Positions 18,438 through 28,755 of a stretch of DNA of 64,000 nt are shown one piece after another (positions within the stretch are counted from its first letter, which is position 1; each line of letters begins with the position of its first letter). Origin of the DNA: a virus; IMG/VR virus record IMGVR_UViG_3300021960_000027, positions 53,938 to 117,937 of that record, one strand, 5' to 3'. Position numbers and translations under genes: made by a program. The notes below the pieces were generated by a model, which was given only the letters and a program-made list of their open reading frames with translations, was not told the origin of the DNA and did not search any database.

Positions 18438-20852
18438 GTGACAATGGGCGCAGTTAGAGAAATGGGCGAGTCGCCCCTAAAGTACCAATATGGTGGTCGT
18501 GTCCAACGTATTGGTATTTTTGATTCTTCTGCACCTCCCACGCGCAGTACATATTTCACAACAGAGCCTTTTGAAACGGCAAAGAGCCGATATCGACAGC
18601 AGTCATGGGAGAATGAAAATTCTACCCTAAAGCGTCGTCCCAAAAAGGAATATCAAGAGGGCAGTGGTACAGCAGAGCAGGGTCTAGTTGCCTTCTTGGA
18701 TTACATAGAATATTCTGACCGCATTTTTATCGCCTTTGTCAGTGTCAGACAGGATTACCAAGGGCGTGGGTTTGCTACCGAATTGGTCGATTGGGTGTAC
18801 CGGCGAGCAAGGTCGACTGGCAGAAAAACTGTCGATTGGGGGAAGGTCTTAATCGATGCATTCCCTCTTTTTAAAAACTACAGTGAGCGTGTTGTCGATG
18901 TTGAAACGGTCGGCAAACCTGAGCGCGGTTATTATTCGTCAATAAACACTGAAAGCCCGCTAGACCGTAGAACTGCCTCTGTGCCTCGCTACATGCGCGC
19001 TTTTGACATGGACAGGAAACAGACATACCGCGCTTACGAACCCATTGTTGCGGTGAAAGTCAGTCAAAGTAATGGTTCATTTCCTCAAAGTGAGGTTTTA
19101 GCAACAAAAGATGTTCCGTGGGAATCCGATCTTCAATCAATTATTCAGCAAGTTACTCGCGACGCACAACGTGCGTGGGAAAAACGCCCATCTAATCTGC
19201 CAAGGTTTAGCGACCCAGTCTTTCAGTTGGTGTCTGGGGGGACAGGCGACCTTCAGCATGGAGTAATTGCTACAACTAAAAATCTTCCAAACTGGGGACA
19301 GCCAGTTGCTGTTGGGCGTTACAGTGAAACGCTTTTTCACAAGTTGTACTCAATACTTTTTGGTTATTCAGACAGAAAATTGATTTGGTCAACGTGGATG
19401 TCTGACGTAGTCAACATTTCTCCAGAGGGAGAAAGAACGCACTGGAGCGTGTCAGATAAAGACACTAAGATTACGGTTTACCGTGGTGTTAGCCTTCCCC
19501 CAAACGCTGACCCAACGTTGTCAGAAAAATATGGTGGAGGGGCTGGGAACGCATGGACTACTGAGTTAAGCATTGCTAAGGCTATTGCAGAGAGGGGAAT
19601 GGCTGGGTTTAACTTAAGCAACTCGCCCAATCAGGTTTATAAAGTTAAACCCGGCGTATGGCTAGATGGCATCTCTAAGAAAGTCGATTACGTTATCCCC
19701 ACCGTTCTTCGTGCTGAAGTTAACCTTGGAGACAATGCATCGTTGTACGAAGGTATGGGTGGATACCGCTATCTCAGCGCGGAACAGGAAGTAAATATCA
19801 ATCCGGGAACAGAGTTTACTTTGACTGGATGGATGCAGGCAGATGAAGTTCCATCTAATCCTTCAGAGCGTAAGAGAATTTGGGATGAGTACAAAACAAA
19901 TGGAAATACCTATGACAATTACGATGTGACCTATCGATGGAACAGTCGATGGAATGAAGTTCGTCTTCGTCGCCGTGCTTCTTCCCCAAAAATTTATCGT
20001 GGGGTTCAGGTCAACATTGGTTTGGTTGAGTTGATTGATGCCTACGATTCTGCAAGCAGTCTTTCCTCTTTAGTTTCTGACCGTCTCATGTTGGGCTACA
20101 GAGACACTAAAAAATCTGGTGTTTCATGGACGACATCTTTAGATACAGCCAAAAGATTTGCTTGGGATTCTCATTCATCGGGTGATTCTCCAACACAGGT
20201 GTGGACGTACTCTGGGCAAAGTTATGTCGGAATGGGAGACGGGACAAAAAGACCTCCGTACTTTGCCCTTCCAGTTGTTATGGTTGCGTCTGCTCCGGTT
20301 GGGAAATCAAATACAGAGTTAGCGTGGGGCGACGCTACTTCAAGGGACAAAAATTGGTTTTCTTCTACTGAATCAGAAATTCGACTTGAGCAGGGAACCC
20401 CTATCTCCTTGGATCACTCTTTGCTGTATCTTCCAAGCAAGGATCGACTTGTTAAATATTTAAATGAATATTTGAAAAATAAAGGTTTTTATCCAATCGA
20501 ATCGTACCCCGGTTCATCTCCCGTCAAGATAAACACCCCGTTAAGACTGAGTGCTTCTCGCTCCGAAGCATCATCGTGGCGCGGTTTAGTCGCCCGCGAC
20601 TACTGGAACGAGGCTCCTGCGGTACTTCTTGTGGATAAGTCTGCAAGAAAAAACACTTACGAAGTTTATGTTAATGGGAAACAGGTTTCCAGAGAGTGGA
20701 AACTGGATGACGCAAAGTCCCGTGCCGAGAAAGAAATCGGACGTAATTTGTCGTGGTCACGCGCTCGTACAGAAGATGTCAAGGCTTTCCATTATTATTT
20801 TGGATGGACATCTGAGTTCACCGACCCACAGATCGTTTATTTCGGCGTTTAG
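18438..20852 (+). CDS. multidomain protein: GNAT acetyltransferase plus two ADP-ribosyltransferase-like modules
   Basis: VRQDYQGRGFATEL (GNAT motif A); VYRG...AWTT...EQEV and IYRG...SWTT...ESEI (R-S-E ART pattern); linkers RRTAS and RRRAS. Confidence 0.65.
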   Translation: MTMGAVREMGESPLKYQYGGRVQRIGIFDSSAPPTRSTYFTTEPFETAKSRYRQQSWENENSTLKRRPKKEYQEGSGTAEQGLVAFLDYIEYSDRIFIAFVSVRQDYQGRGFATELVDWVYRRARSTGRKTVDWGKVLIDAFPLFKNYSERVVDVETVGKPERGYYSSINTESPLDRRTASVPRYMRAFDMDRKQTYRAYEPIVAVKVSQSNGSFPQSEVLATKDVPWESDLQSIIQQVTRDAQRAWEKRPSNLPRFSDPVFQLVSGGTGDLQHGVIATTKNLPNWGQPVAVGRYSETLFHKLYSILFGYSDRKLIWSTWMSDVVNISPEGERTHWSVSDKDTKITVYRGVSLPPNADPTLSEKYGGGAGNAWTTELSIAKAIAERGMAGFNLSNSPNQVYKVKPGVWLDGISKKVDYVIPTVLRAEVNLGDNASLYEGMGGYRYLSAEQEVNINPGTEFTLTGWMQADEVPSNPSERKRIWDEYKTNGNTYDNYDVTYRWNSRWNEVRLRRRASSPKIYRGVQVNIGLVELIDAYDSASSLSSLVSDRLMLGYRDTKKSGVSWTTSLDTAKRFAWDSHSSGDSPTQVWTYSGQSYVGMGDGTKRPPYFALPVVMVASAPVGKSNTELAWGDATSRDKNWFSSTESEIRLEQGTPISLDHSLLYLPSKDRLVKYLNEYLKNKGFYPIESYPGSSPVKINTPLRLSASRSEASSWRGLVARDYWNEAPAVLLVDKSARKNTYEVYVNGKQVSREWKLDDAKSRAEKEIGRNLSWSRARTEDVKAFHYYFGWTSEFTDPQIVYFGV

Positions 20853-20858
20853 TCCGAC

Positions 20859-20891
20859 ACTGTCAATTAGCCATCCTTTCCCACGAAAGAG
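20859..20891 (+). promoter_or_regulatory. degenerate candidate late promoter ACTGTC-N21-AAAGAG
   Basis: Intergenic, upstream of the fibre gene block; imperfect second box. Confidence 0.35.
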
Positions 20892-20923
20892 ATGGACGCA
20901 TCGCAACAAAGATGGAGTAAGAA

Positions 20924-21541
20924 ATGCCTCTAGTCAATGATGGAAAGAACTCGGCGTGCGACGGCATTGCCGCGGTCACCGCTTACATTGGTTTGCACTC
21001 GTCGCTGAGTGATACTGGAGCCAGCGAGGTTTCAGGCGGTTCACCGGCCTACGCTCGCCAAGCGGTCACTTGGGCAACCTCTTCCGGTGGTCAAAAGGCT
21101 AACTCATCTAGCCTTACCTTTAATGTTCCCGGCTCAACTACTGTTGTTGCATTCGGAATGTGGTCTGCTTCAACGGCAGGAACCTTCTACGGATGGATGC
21201 CGTTGAACCCCGGCGCACGGGGATTTGGTACGGCAGACTCTTCAACAGATACAATTACCTCGTTCGGTCATGGTCTGACAGCAGGAACCGCACTGTACGT
21301 TGATGACGTTTTTGCAGAGTCGCTTCCTACTGGCTTGAGTCGCAACACCACCTACTATGTCATTTCGTCCGGTTTGACATCCGATGCATTCAAAATCAGT
21401 ACGTCTTCAGGCGGTAGCGCAGTAACGATTACTGCTTCTGGAGAGGTTTTCTTCCAGACGCTCACTCCTGAGACGTTTGGCGCACAGGGTACTTTGACTG
21501 TTAATGCTTCGGGGCTTGTTATCGACGCAACCGGCATCTGA
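20924..21541 (+). CDS. virion structural protein
   Basis: YIGLH...EVSGGSPAYARQAVTW...GTFYG pattern of small tail-associated proteins; S/T/G-rich. Confidence 0.7.
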   Translation: MPLVNDGKNSACDGIAAVTAYIGLHSSLSDTGASEVSGGSPAYARQAVTWATSSGGQKANSSSLTFNVPGSTTVVAFGMWSASTAGTFYGWMPLNPGARGFGTADSSTDTITSFGHGLTAGTALYVDDVFAESLPTGLSRNTTYYVISSGLTSDAFKISTSSGGSAVTITASGEVFFQTLTPETFGAQGTLTVNASGLVIDATGI

Positions 21542-21553
21542 TCGGAGTGCCGG

Positions 21554-24500
21554 ATGACGGCTATTTACTCAAATCTCCGTGCAGGCACGATCACCGATAA
21601 CCCACTCGGTTCAACTGATACAACAATTAACTCTGCTGAATTTGCAGACCTTCCAGTTGTTGCTTCCCCCGATTATCTATGGCTAACCCTTGATCCTGAG
21701 TCGGCAGTTTCTACTCCAGAAATTGTTAAGGTCACAGCCCACTCTTCTGGGGCAACCTCTGTAACAGTTGTTCGTGGCGAGCAAACATCTCTGGGTGGTA
21801 ACGCATCTCGCTCGCATAGTCAAGATACTCGCTGGGTAGCATCGTGGACTGCCGAAGACGGCGAGTTGATGCCACACCGTGTTCTTACAGCCAAGGGCGA
21901 CATTCTCGCGGCAACGGGGGCGAACACGATTGATCGCTTGGGAGTTGGAACCGATGGCTATTTTCTAAAAGCCGATTCAGGAGAATCGACTGGACTCGTC
22001 TGGGGTCAGGTCGATTTCTCTACTGCCAACCTTGATGACCTCGGTGATGTCACGATCACCAGCGCACAGGCAGGTCAGTTTGTTCAGTGGAATGGCACTG
22101 CATGGGTTAATGCGGTCATGCCGTCTGGGGAACCGATTGGTCACCAAGACAAAACTGAAAGCACTATTTCTTTCTCAAATTCCACGCGTGTCTTTACGAT
22201 TGCGCCAGTTTCTTCATCCCATGTTGTTTGGTGCAAGGGCGTTAAGCACACCAAAACCTCTTCTGAAACTGTAACCATTCCCGATACAACGGGTTTGTAC
22301 TACGTCTACTACAACGAGTCCGGCACGCTGGGCTACAAAACAACCTATTTTGTCTGGGACACTGACACCCCAACTGCCTACATTTACTGGAACGCAACAA
22401 CTGGTGAGGCAGAGTTTTTTGCAGACGAACGTCATGGGATAACTCTTGATTGGCAGACTCACGAATATCTTCACCGCACACGGGGTGCAGTTATTGCGAG
22501 TGGGTTTGGGGCATCAAATTATGTGACAGATGGCAACGGCGGTTCTGACGGACACGCTCAGTTAGATATTGCCAACGGTACGTTTTTTGATGAAGACCTT
22601 CAGGTAGACATCACCCATTCCGCAACTCCCACAGCAAACACTTGGGAGCAGGTTCTTCAGGGCGCGGCAGAAATTCCCGTCATGTATCAGGTGGGAACAG
22701 AATGGCAACTTGATACTGCTACTGAATTCCCAATTAAGGCTGGCACTGCGCTCCCTCGCTACAACTCTGTTTCAGGCTCAACGTGGTCGCTCACTGATTT
22801 AGGTAATTCTAAGTTTGGTGTTTCGTGGATTGTTGCAACCAACAATCTTAATGAACCTGTTATCGCCATCATGGGGCAGGGCGAATACAACAACATTGGT
22901 GAGGCAGAAGCAACGACTTGGGAAGAGTTAGACCTAACTGGTTTTCCTGTCTTTGAATTTCGTGTTTTGTACAAAATCGCTTTTCAGGTTGCATCGGGAT
23001 ACACCAACACAATCAAAGCCGCGATTCGTGGGGTCTACGATTTACGGCGAACAACAGTTGCTGGAGATTCAATCCCCACTATTCCAGTCGCTGACCACGG
23101 TTCCTTAACTGGTCTTGCGGATGACGATCACACTCAGTATCTCAATGAATCTCGCCATGATGCGTTAGACCACAGCACTGCGCTTGGTTCGGCGGTCGTC
23201 AGTGACCTAAGTGATGTTTCATCTACCTCACCCACATCCGGTCAGATTCTTAAGTGGAGTGGCTCGGACTGGAGTCCGTCTGACATAACACTTGGCACGG
23301 AAACAAGTGGTGATTACGTCGAATCTTTGACGGCAGGAACGGGCGTTTCAGTCGGCACCGCAACTGGAGAAGGTTCTACCCCAACCATTGCGATTGGTCA
23401 GTCGGTAGGTACTACTGACGATGTCACATTTAACACCGTCACTGGAACAAACGGGATCATTACGCTTACCACTTCAGGTGCGCCAACATCTTCGCTTTCT
23501 GATGGTGCCATCGCCATTGATACATCAAACAACATTTTGTACATCAGGTCTGGTGGAGCATGGATTGAGTCATCTGGCGGTGGAGCAAGTGTTTCTGTTT
23601 CAGATACCGCTCCATCTTCTCCAGATGTAGGTGACCTGTGGTTTGAGTCGGATACTGGAGACGTATTCGTTTACTACGACTCAGCGTGGATTGACATTGG
23701 CGGTACGTCTGTTGCGAACATTGCCACCTCCGATACCGCCCCCTCTTCTCCAGCCAATGGAGACATCTGGTTTGAGACTGATACCGCTAAGACATTCGTA
23801 TGGTATGACGATGGTTCTAGTCAGCAATGGGTAGAGATTGGCGCGGCAAGTTCGTCTGCTACTGGTTCTTCTGGTGCGATTCAGTTTGCTAACGGTAACA
23901 GTGCGTTCTCCAGCGACGGTGCGAACCTGTTCTGGGACGACACGAACAACCGACTCGGTGTAGGCACTAACAGCCCTGCTGTTGCGTTGGATGTTGTAGG
24001 TACTACTGATACTGATTATTTGACTGTTGGGGGCGAGAACGTCACCCCGTATACGGGTAAGCGCAACCTTCTTATCAATGGTGCGATGCAGGTTTACCAG
24101 CGCGCATCTTCTGGTGATGTCCTTGCCTCTGAGGGTTACAGGTGTGCTGACCGTTGGAAGTCTTACCGAACTGTAAATGCGGCTGGCACCCTTTCTGTAA
24201 ACACCACTGATGCCCCCGAAGGGTTCAACAACTCTTTGAACTACGCTTGCACCTCAGCAGAAGCAACCCCCACTAACGAAACTTTTGTGTCACAAGTTCT
24301 TGAGGGTCAAGATGTTCAGCATGTTGGCTACGGGAAATCATGGTGCAAGCAGGTAACCGTTTCGTTCTGGGTCAAATCAAATGTGACAGGGACATTCAAT
24401 GTCTGGTTCTTCCGCTGGGACGGAACTCGCCACATTGGTCGTTCCTACACGATCAACTCTGCTGACACTTGGGAATACAAGACCGTGCTTGTTCCAGCAG

Positions 24501-25072
24501 ACACATCGAACGCTGTAGCCAACGATAATACTCAGGGCTGGGAGGTACGCTTCTATCTCGCGGCACAATCAACTTGGACGGGTGGCACCGAGGCTTCAGC
24601 GTGGTCTGCTGTTTCCGACAATAACCGCGCCCCCGGTAACGCCAACATTAACTCCAGCACATCTAACTATTGGCGTGTCACAGGCGTACAGGTTGAGGTT
24701 GGTGATAAGGCGACACCGTTTGAACACCGTTCCTTTGGCGAAGAACTTGCCTTGTGTCAAAGGTACTACTTCAAACCACCACAGCATTATTACAGCACGC
24801 TGGCTTACGGAACATGGATTGATTTCAGCGCGTTCCTCCGAGCATCAATGCCGATACCTGTCACAATGCGTGCCAACCCCAGCGTCACCTACTCGTCATA
24901 CTTTGTCTACGGTGCTGGTGGATCACGGACAGGTAGTGGAACAATCTATGTTTATGGACAAGATGCAGGGATGCTAGTCCTCGGATTTGGTCATTCTGGT
25001 TCAAGTCCGGGTGGCGGGTATGTCGGCACAATCACAGCACCTAGCGGATTTGAGGTGAACGCAGAATTATGA
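21554..25072 (+). CDS. long tail fibre protein
   Basis: 1172 aa S/T/G-rich; TAKGD, LDDLGDV, tandem SDTAPSSP..GD.WFE.DT repeats, NNRLGVGT, RNLLINGAMQVYQR...ELALCQRYY module. Confidence 0.85.
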   Translation: MTAIYSNLRAGTITDNPLGSTDTTINSAEFADLPVVASPDYLWLTLDPESAVSTPEIVKVTAHSSGATSVTVVRGEQTSLGGNASRSHSQDTRWVASWTAEDGELMPHRVLTAKGDILAATGANTIDRLGVGTDGYFLKADSGESTGLVWGQVDFSTANLDDLGDVTITSAQAGQFVQWNGTAWVNAVMPSGEPIGHQDKTESTISFSNSTRVFTIAPVSSSHVVWCKGVKHTKTSSETVTIPDTTGLYYVYYNESGTLGYKTTYFVWDTDTPTAYIYWNATTGEAEFFADERHGITLDWQTHEYLHRTRGAVIASGFGASNYVTDGNGGSDGHAQLDIANGTFFDEDLQVDITHSATPTANTWEQVLQGAAEIPVMYQVGTEWQLDTATEFPIKAGTALPRYNSVSGSTWSLTDLGNSKFGVSWIVATNNLNEPVIAIMGQGEYNNIGEAEATTWEELDLTGFPVFEFRVLYKIAFQVASGYTNTIKAAIRGVYDLRRTTVAGDSIPTIPVADHGSLTGLADDDHTQYLNESRHDALDHSTALGSAVVSDLSDVSSTSPTSGQILKWSGSDWSPSDITLGTETSGDYVESLTAGTGVSVGTATGEGSTPTIAIGQSVGTTDDVTFNTVTGTNGIITLTTSGAPTSSLSDGAIAIDTSNNILYIRSGGAWIESSGGGASVSVSDTAPSSPDVGDLWFESDTGDVFVYYDSAWIDIGGTSVANIATSDTAPSSPANGDIWFETDTAKTFVWYDDGSSQQWVEIGAASSSATGSSGAIQFANGNSAFSSDGANLFWDDTNNRLGVGTNSPAVALDVVGTTDTDYLTVGGENVTPYTGKRNLLINGAMQVYQRASSGDVLASEGYRCADRWKSYRTVNAAGTLSVNTTDAPEGFNNSLNYACTSAEATPTNETFVSQVLEGQDVQHVGYGKSWCKQVTVSFWVKSNVTGTFNVWFFRWDGTRHIGRSYTINSADTWEYKTVLVPADTSNAVANDNTQGWEVRFYLAAQSTWTGGTEASAWSAVSDNNRAPGNANINSSTSNYWRVTGVQVEVGDKATPFEHRSFGEELALCQRYYFKPPQHYYSTLAYGTWIDFSAFLRASMPIPVTMRANPSVTYSSYFVYGAGGSRTGSGTIYVYGQDAGMLVLGFGHSGSSPGGGYVGTITAPSGFEVNAEL

Positions 25073-25308
25073 CGACTTATTACACTCAGACAATCACTCA
25101 AACAACTGGAGATATCACTGTTGTCTTTGCTGAACTAGATAACGGCGACACTCTTTGCTTTCCAAACGAATCAGGTAACCCTGATTACGAGGAATACCTT
25201 GAGTGGGTCGCTTTAGGTAACACAGCAACGGCGTACACAGTTCCTTCCGTTGACGAGTATTTCCCCCCATCAGATTCTGAAATCATGTTCACAATGGAGG
25301 TCATCTAA
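25069..25308 (+). CDS. small fibre-associated protein
   Basis: GNPDYEEYLEWVALGN motif typical of small genes after fibres. Confidence 0.65.
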   Translation: MTTYYTQTITQTTGDITVVFAELDNGDTLCFPNESGNPDYEEYLEWVALGNTATAYTVPSVDEYFPPSDSEIMFTMEVI

Positions 25309-25667
25309 TGGCAATGACATACAAGAGGCTTGCCGGTCCCCTGACCGCCACAACCTCAACAACATCTATCTACACCGTGCCTCAAAACACTACGACAGTG
25401 GTTAAAGAGTTTATGTTGACGAATTACTCTGCTTCTGCCGCGACTATCACCGTGTATGTTAAAGAAGCCAATGTAACTTTAGGGGACGCTCACATCATCA
25501 TTTCTGACTTGTCACTTTCGGCAGACGAAACTTTTTCGATGTCGGCCTCGCTTGTTCTACACAATGACGGTGGCGTAGCCAGCGCAACGACCTCTGACCA
25601 AATTCATGTGGTTGCAAGTGTCGGTAGTGCAATCAACATTGTGATGAACGGAATTGAGGATGCCTAA
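25308..25667 (+). CDS. putative virion structural protein
   Basis: IYTVP...TVVK...TN beta-rich pattern; TAATG coupling. Confidence 0.65.
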   Translation: MAMTYKRLAGPLTATTSTTSIYTVPQNTTTVVKEFMLTNYSASAATITVYVKEANVTLGDAHIIISDLSLSADETFSMSASLVLHNDGGVASATTSDQIHVVASVGSAINIVMNGIEDA

Positions 25668-26443
25668 TGGGAAAGTTCCATCGACGGAACAACCAAGGCC
25701 GCGGCAAGCAGTTGTTGTTTCAGACAACAGTATTTCAAGAAGAAATCGTTGAGACTTTAGAGACAGCAGATTCTCCTAACCCAATTTACGGGTCGGGTGT
25801 GGACGGAAGCATTACCTTAAATGGTTCTTCTTCGGGAACAGATGCGATCACAGGGAGCGGGACTTCCTACACTCTTGCTAGAGACTTGTTTTGTAAAAAT
25901 CTTAGTATCGGTTCTTCCGTACATTTGAATACAAATGGATATCGCGTATTTGTTCAGGGAACTCTTACCCTGTCTTCCAGTTCCCGAATTGGCTTTACTA
26001 CCGGACACTCAACCGCTGGTAGTATTCAACAAGGTGGTGCTATCAACACTTCCGTGACACATAGTTTGGGTGGGGATAGCGCAACTGAAACGGCTACTGA
26101 TCCAACAACGGCAGAAGGCGGGACTCTTTATTACAAGCAGGCACTTCAGGCGTATCGTGGATATTCAATTACTGCCGGTTCAACTTCTCCATCTTTTTTG
26201 CGTGGTGGGGCAGGGGGAACTGCCGGTGCGGGGGGTGGAGTAGTGATTATTTGCGCTCGCTATATTGCCCAACGTTCTGGTTCATCTAAAATAGCCGCGC
26301 CCGGAACGCAGGGAACTGGTGGGGGTGGCGGTGGAGTAGTTATTATTATTTCTTCTGGTTCTTCTCTTTCTTCTGGGGTAAATACAGAAGTTGTCGGCGG
26401 TACAGGTTGCGGTAATGGAACCGCTATTTACTTACAGGCATAA
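25667..26443 (+). CDS. glycine-rich fibre/adhesin-like protein
   Basis: YGSGVDG...NL...LNTNGYRVFVQGTL and GAGGGVVII repeats; paralogue of the next gene. Confidence 0.7.
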   Translation: MGKFHRRNNQGRGKQLLFQTTVFQEEIVETLETADSPNPIYGSGVDGSITLNGSSSGTDAITGSGTSYTLARDLFCKNLSIGSSVHLNTNGYRVFVQGTLTLSSSSRIGFTTGHSTAGSIQQGGAINTSVTHSLGGDSATETATDPTTAEGGTLYYKQALQAYRGYSITAGSTSPSFLRGGAGGTAGAGGGVVIICARYIAQRSGSSKIAAPGTQGTGGGGGGVVIIISSGSSLSSGVNTEVVGGTGCGNGTAIYLQA

Positions 26444-26445
26444 TC

Positions 26446-28323
26446 GTGGCACGCACTAGACGGTTTAACAGTGTTCTTCGTAAATTGGAGAAGGCCGCGT
26501 CTGAGGGCACGACAGTTAATGATTGGTTGTTTGGTTCTGGAGAGCATGGTGATGTGACCGTCGCTAACGGTCAAACCGTCACACTGGATTCTGACAAATA
26601 CTATGAGAATCTGACTGTAAATTCTGGGGGAACGCTGTTTACTAACGGCTTCCGTGTATTTGTCAACGGCACACTGACAAACAATGGTACTATCGGCTTT
26701 CCCTCTGGCTCTGCTGATGTTACAACAAACCCATCAAGCATTTCTCGCCGTAGCCATACTGCGGTCAGTTACGGAATTGGTGAGGCTTCTAATACCGTAA
26801 CTGAAGGAGAGTTATATGATTTAGATGACGTTATTGGTGGCTATTACATAACAGCGTCTGGTTCTATTCGCGGTCTTCAAGGTGGCGACCCCGGTACAGA
26901 CGGGTCTGATGGAAGCATTACGGCTAACGCAACAGCAGGTAATGCCGGTAGTGCTGGTACTTATCCGGGTGCCGCGGTGGGTGCCCCCGGCGGTGCAGGC
27001 AATCCCGGTACGTCAGGTAACGCGGCAACGGCTGGTACTGCTGGAGGTAGGGGAGCCGGTGGGGGAGTTGTACTCATCATTGCCCGTACGGTTACTGGTT
27101 CTGGAGAAATTGTTAGTTTTGGTACGGCGGGAACAAGCGGTAATGTTGCGACGCAAGGTACTGACGGCTCGGATGGGACTTCTGCCCCCAATATCGCGGC
27201 GTATGCAAACCCCGGAAATACCCACACTTCCGGTCACAATGCTGGTTCTGGATCACACCCAGCAAACAGTCTTGTACCCAACTTGAGTCACAATGCTACG
27301 GCGTACAGTGCTGGACATAACGCGGGTCACGGGCATCACCCCGCTAACGGTCCGCATGGAAACACTGGTCATAACGCGACGGCGCATGCGAACGGACATA
27401 ACGCTGGACATGGTCATCATCCCGCTGGCGGTCCGCATGGTAACCACGGACATCACGCCAGCACAACTCGGTCAAACCACCACCACCATGTTCAAAACCA
27501 TCATCATGTTCGATCAAATCACCATCACCACACGCAAACCAACCATCACCACCACACCGACTCTCACCATCACACGCGATCAAACCACCACCACCACACC
27601 CGAACAAACCATCACCACACCGTAGGACCAGTTCGTTCTAACAGCCATCATCACTTTAGGTCGAACTACCACTCAGGAAACCACAGGTCTAACCACCATT
27701 TCCACGGGCGATCAAACCACCATCATCACCATCACACTCAGTCGAATCACCACCACCACACCCAAACAAACCATCACCACCATGTTCAAAACCATCATCA
27801 TGTTCGATCAAATCACCATCACCACACTCAGACAAATCACCACCACCACACCGATTCTCACCACCACACGCGAACGAATCATCACCACCACACGGCTGGC
27901 GACGCAGGTCACCCCGCAAACGGAGCAATGGCTCCAAATCACCACGCCTCGGTGAACTACGCACATAACTCTGGTACTACAGCCCACCCCGCTGGCGGTT
28001 CGCTCGCTCCTAACCACAGTGCCTCGGCTCATCCCGCTGGTCATAATGCCGGTAACGCAAACCACGCGGCAAATGGAACTCTTACCACAAATCACAATGC
28101 TTCATCGCACCCCGCAGGGCACAACGTCACTCACAACCCAAATTATTCAGGAGGTTCTGGGGGAGGGAAAGGCACTGGTGGAACTGCTACTGATGGCAAC
28201 GCTGGCAACCAAGGACAAAAGGGTGCTATTATTGTTGTGACCAGACAAATGGACTCTAATGTCCGCTCGGCTCAGTTGGGCAACCACTCCAACTATGCCA
28301 GAATTATAGATGTGGATGGATAG
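26446..28323 (+). CDS. glycine-rich fibre/adhesin-like protein with a large His-rich repeat insert
   Basis: FGSGEHGD...LFTNGFRVFVNGTL and GAGGGVVLII shared with the upstream paralogue; insert of GHNAG/HPA and RSNHHHH repeats. Confidence 0.8.
   Translation: MARTRRFNSVLRKLEKAASEGTTVNDWLFGSGEHGDVTVANGQTVTLDSDKYYENLTVNSGGTLFTNGFRVFVNGTLTNNGTIGFPSGSADVTTNPSSISRRSHTAVSYGIGEASNTVTEGELYDLDDVIGGYYITASGSIRGLQGGDPGTDGSDGSITANATAGNAGSAGTYPGAAVGAPGGAGNPGTSGNAATAGTAGGRGAGGGVVLIIARTVTGSGEIVSFGTAGTSGNVATQGTDGSDGTSAPNIAAYANPGNTHTSGHNAGSGSHPANSLVPNLSHNATAYSAGHNAGHGHHPANGPHGNTGHNATAHANGHNAGHGHHPAGGPHGNHGHHASTTRSNHHHHVQNHHHVRSNHHHHTQTNHHHHTDSHHHTRSNHHHHTRTNHHHTVGPVRSNSHHHFRSNYHSGNHRSNHHFHGRSNHHHHHHTQSNHHHHTQTNHHHHVQNHHHVRSNHHHHTQTNHHHHTDSHHHTRTNHHHHTAGDAGHPANGAMAPNHHASVNYAHNSGTTAHPAGGSLAPNHSASAHPAGHNAGNANHAANGTLTTNHNASSHPAGHNVTHNPNYSGGSGGGKGTGGTATDGNAGNQGQKGAIIVVTRQMDSNVRSAQLGNHSNYARIIDVDG
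27469..27895 (+). repeat. coding tandem repeats (R/Q)(S/T)NHHHH, including a 53-bp exact duplication
   Basis: 27481-27533 is identical to 27775-27827 (294 nt apart); other units differ at synonymous positions. Confidence 0.9.
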
Positions 28324-28330
28324 GTGAATT

Positions 28331-28573
28331 ATGTTTGAAAGCATGTCAACTGAAGACAAGATCGCTTTGTGTGATGAGCAAGTATCTCAAGTAGATCGTA
28401 ACATCTACTCTTATATGCTCACCCTCGGATTAGACCCAGATGCTGGAGACGCTACAGCAGTGACCGTTGATTCTTCCGAATCAGATTATGTACAGAGTCT
28501 TCAGCAAAGCATTATTGATGCTGTTGCTCGGCGTGCATTTATTGTCGGAATTAAAACTGCTCTTAGTGCGTGA
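28331..28573 (+). CDS. hypothetical protein
   Basis: 80 aa, AGGTG SD; possible fibre chaperone by position. Confidence 0.7.
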   Translation: MFESMSTEDKIALCDEQVSQVDRNIYSYMLTLGLDPDAGDATAVTVDSSESDYVQSLQQSIIDAVARRAFIVGIKTALSA

Positions 28574-28755
28574 TGTTGTCAGACAGCAGTCCAACACATA
28601 AGTTGTATGCTTGCTGTTTGATGGCTGGAGTTAATCCATCTTCTCTGACTAAAGAGTGGATAATGACAGCACCTGAGGGAACCGTACAGTACGACTTAGA
28701 AATATTTCTTCAAATTGCATTGAATGAGTTTCAGTCTGATAATCTAAATACCTAA
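28570..28755 (+). CDS. hypothetical protein
   Basis: 61 aa, coupled to both neighbours. Confidence 0.55.
   Translation: MMLSDSSPTHKLYACCLMAGVNPSSLTKEWIMTAPEGTVQYDLEIFLQIALNEFQSDNLNT

Noticed and set aside
27469-27895. Repeat array as a CRISPR array or non-coding satellite
   Set aside because: The units are in-frame codon repeats with synonymous variation and no repeat-spacer structure.
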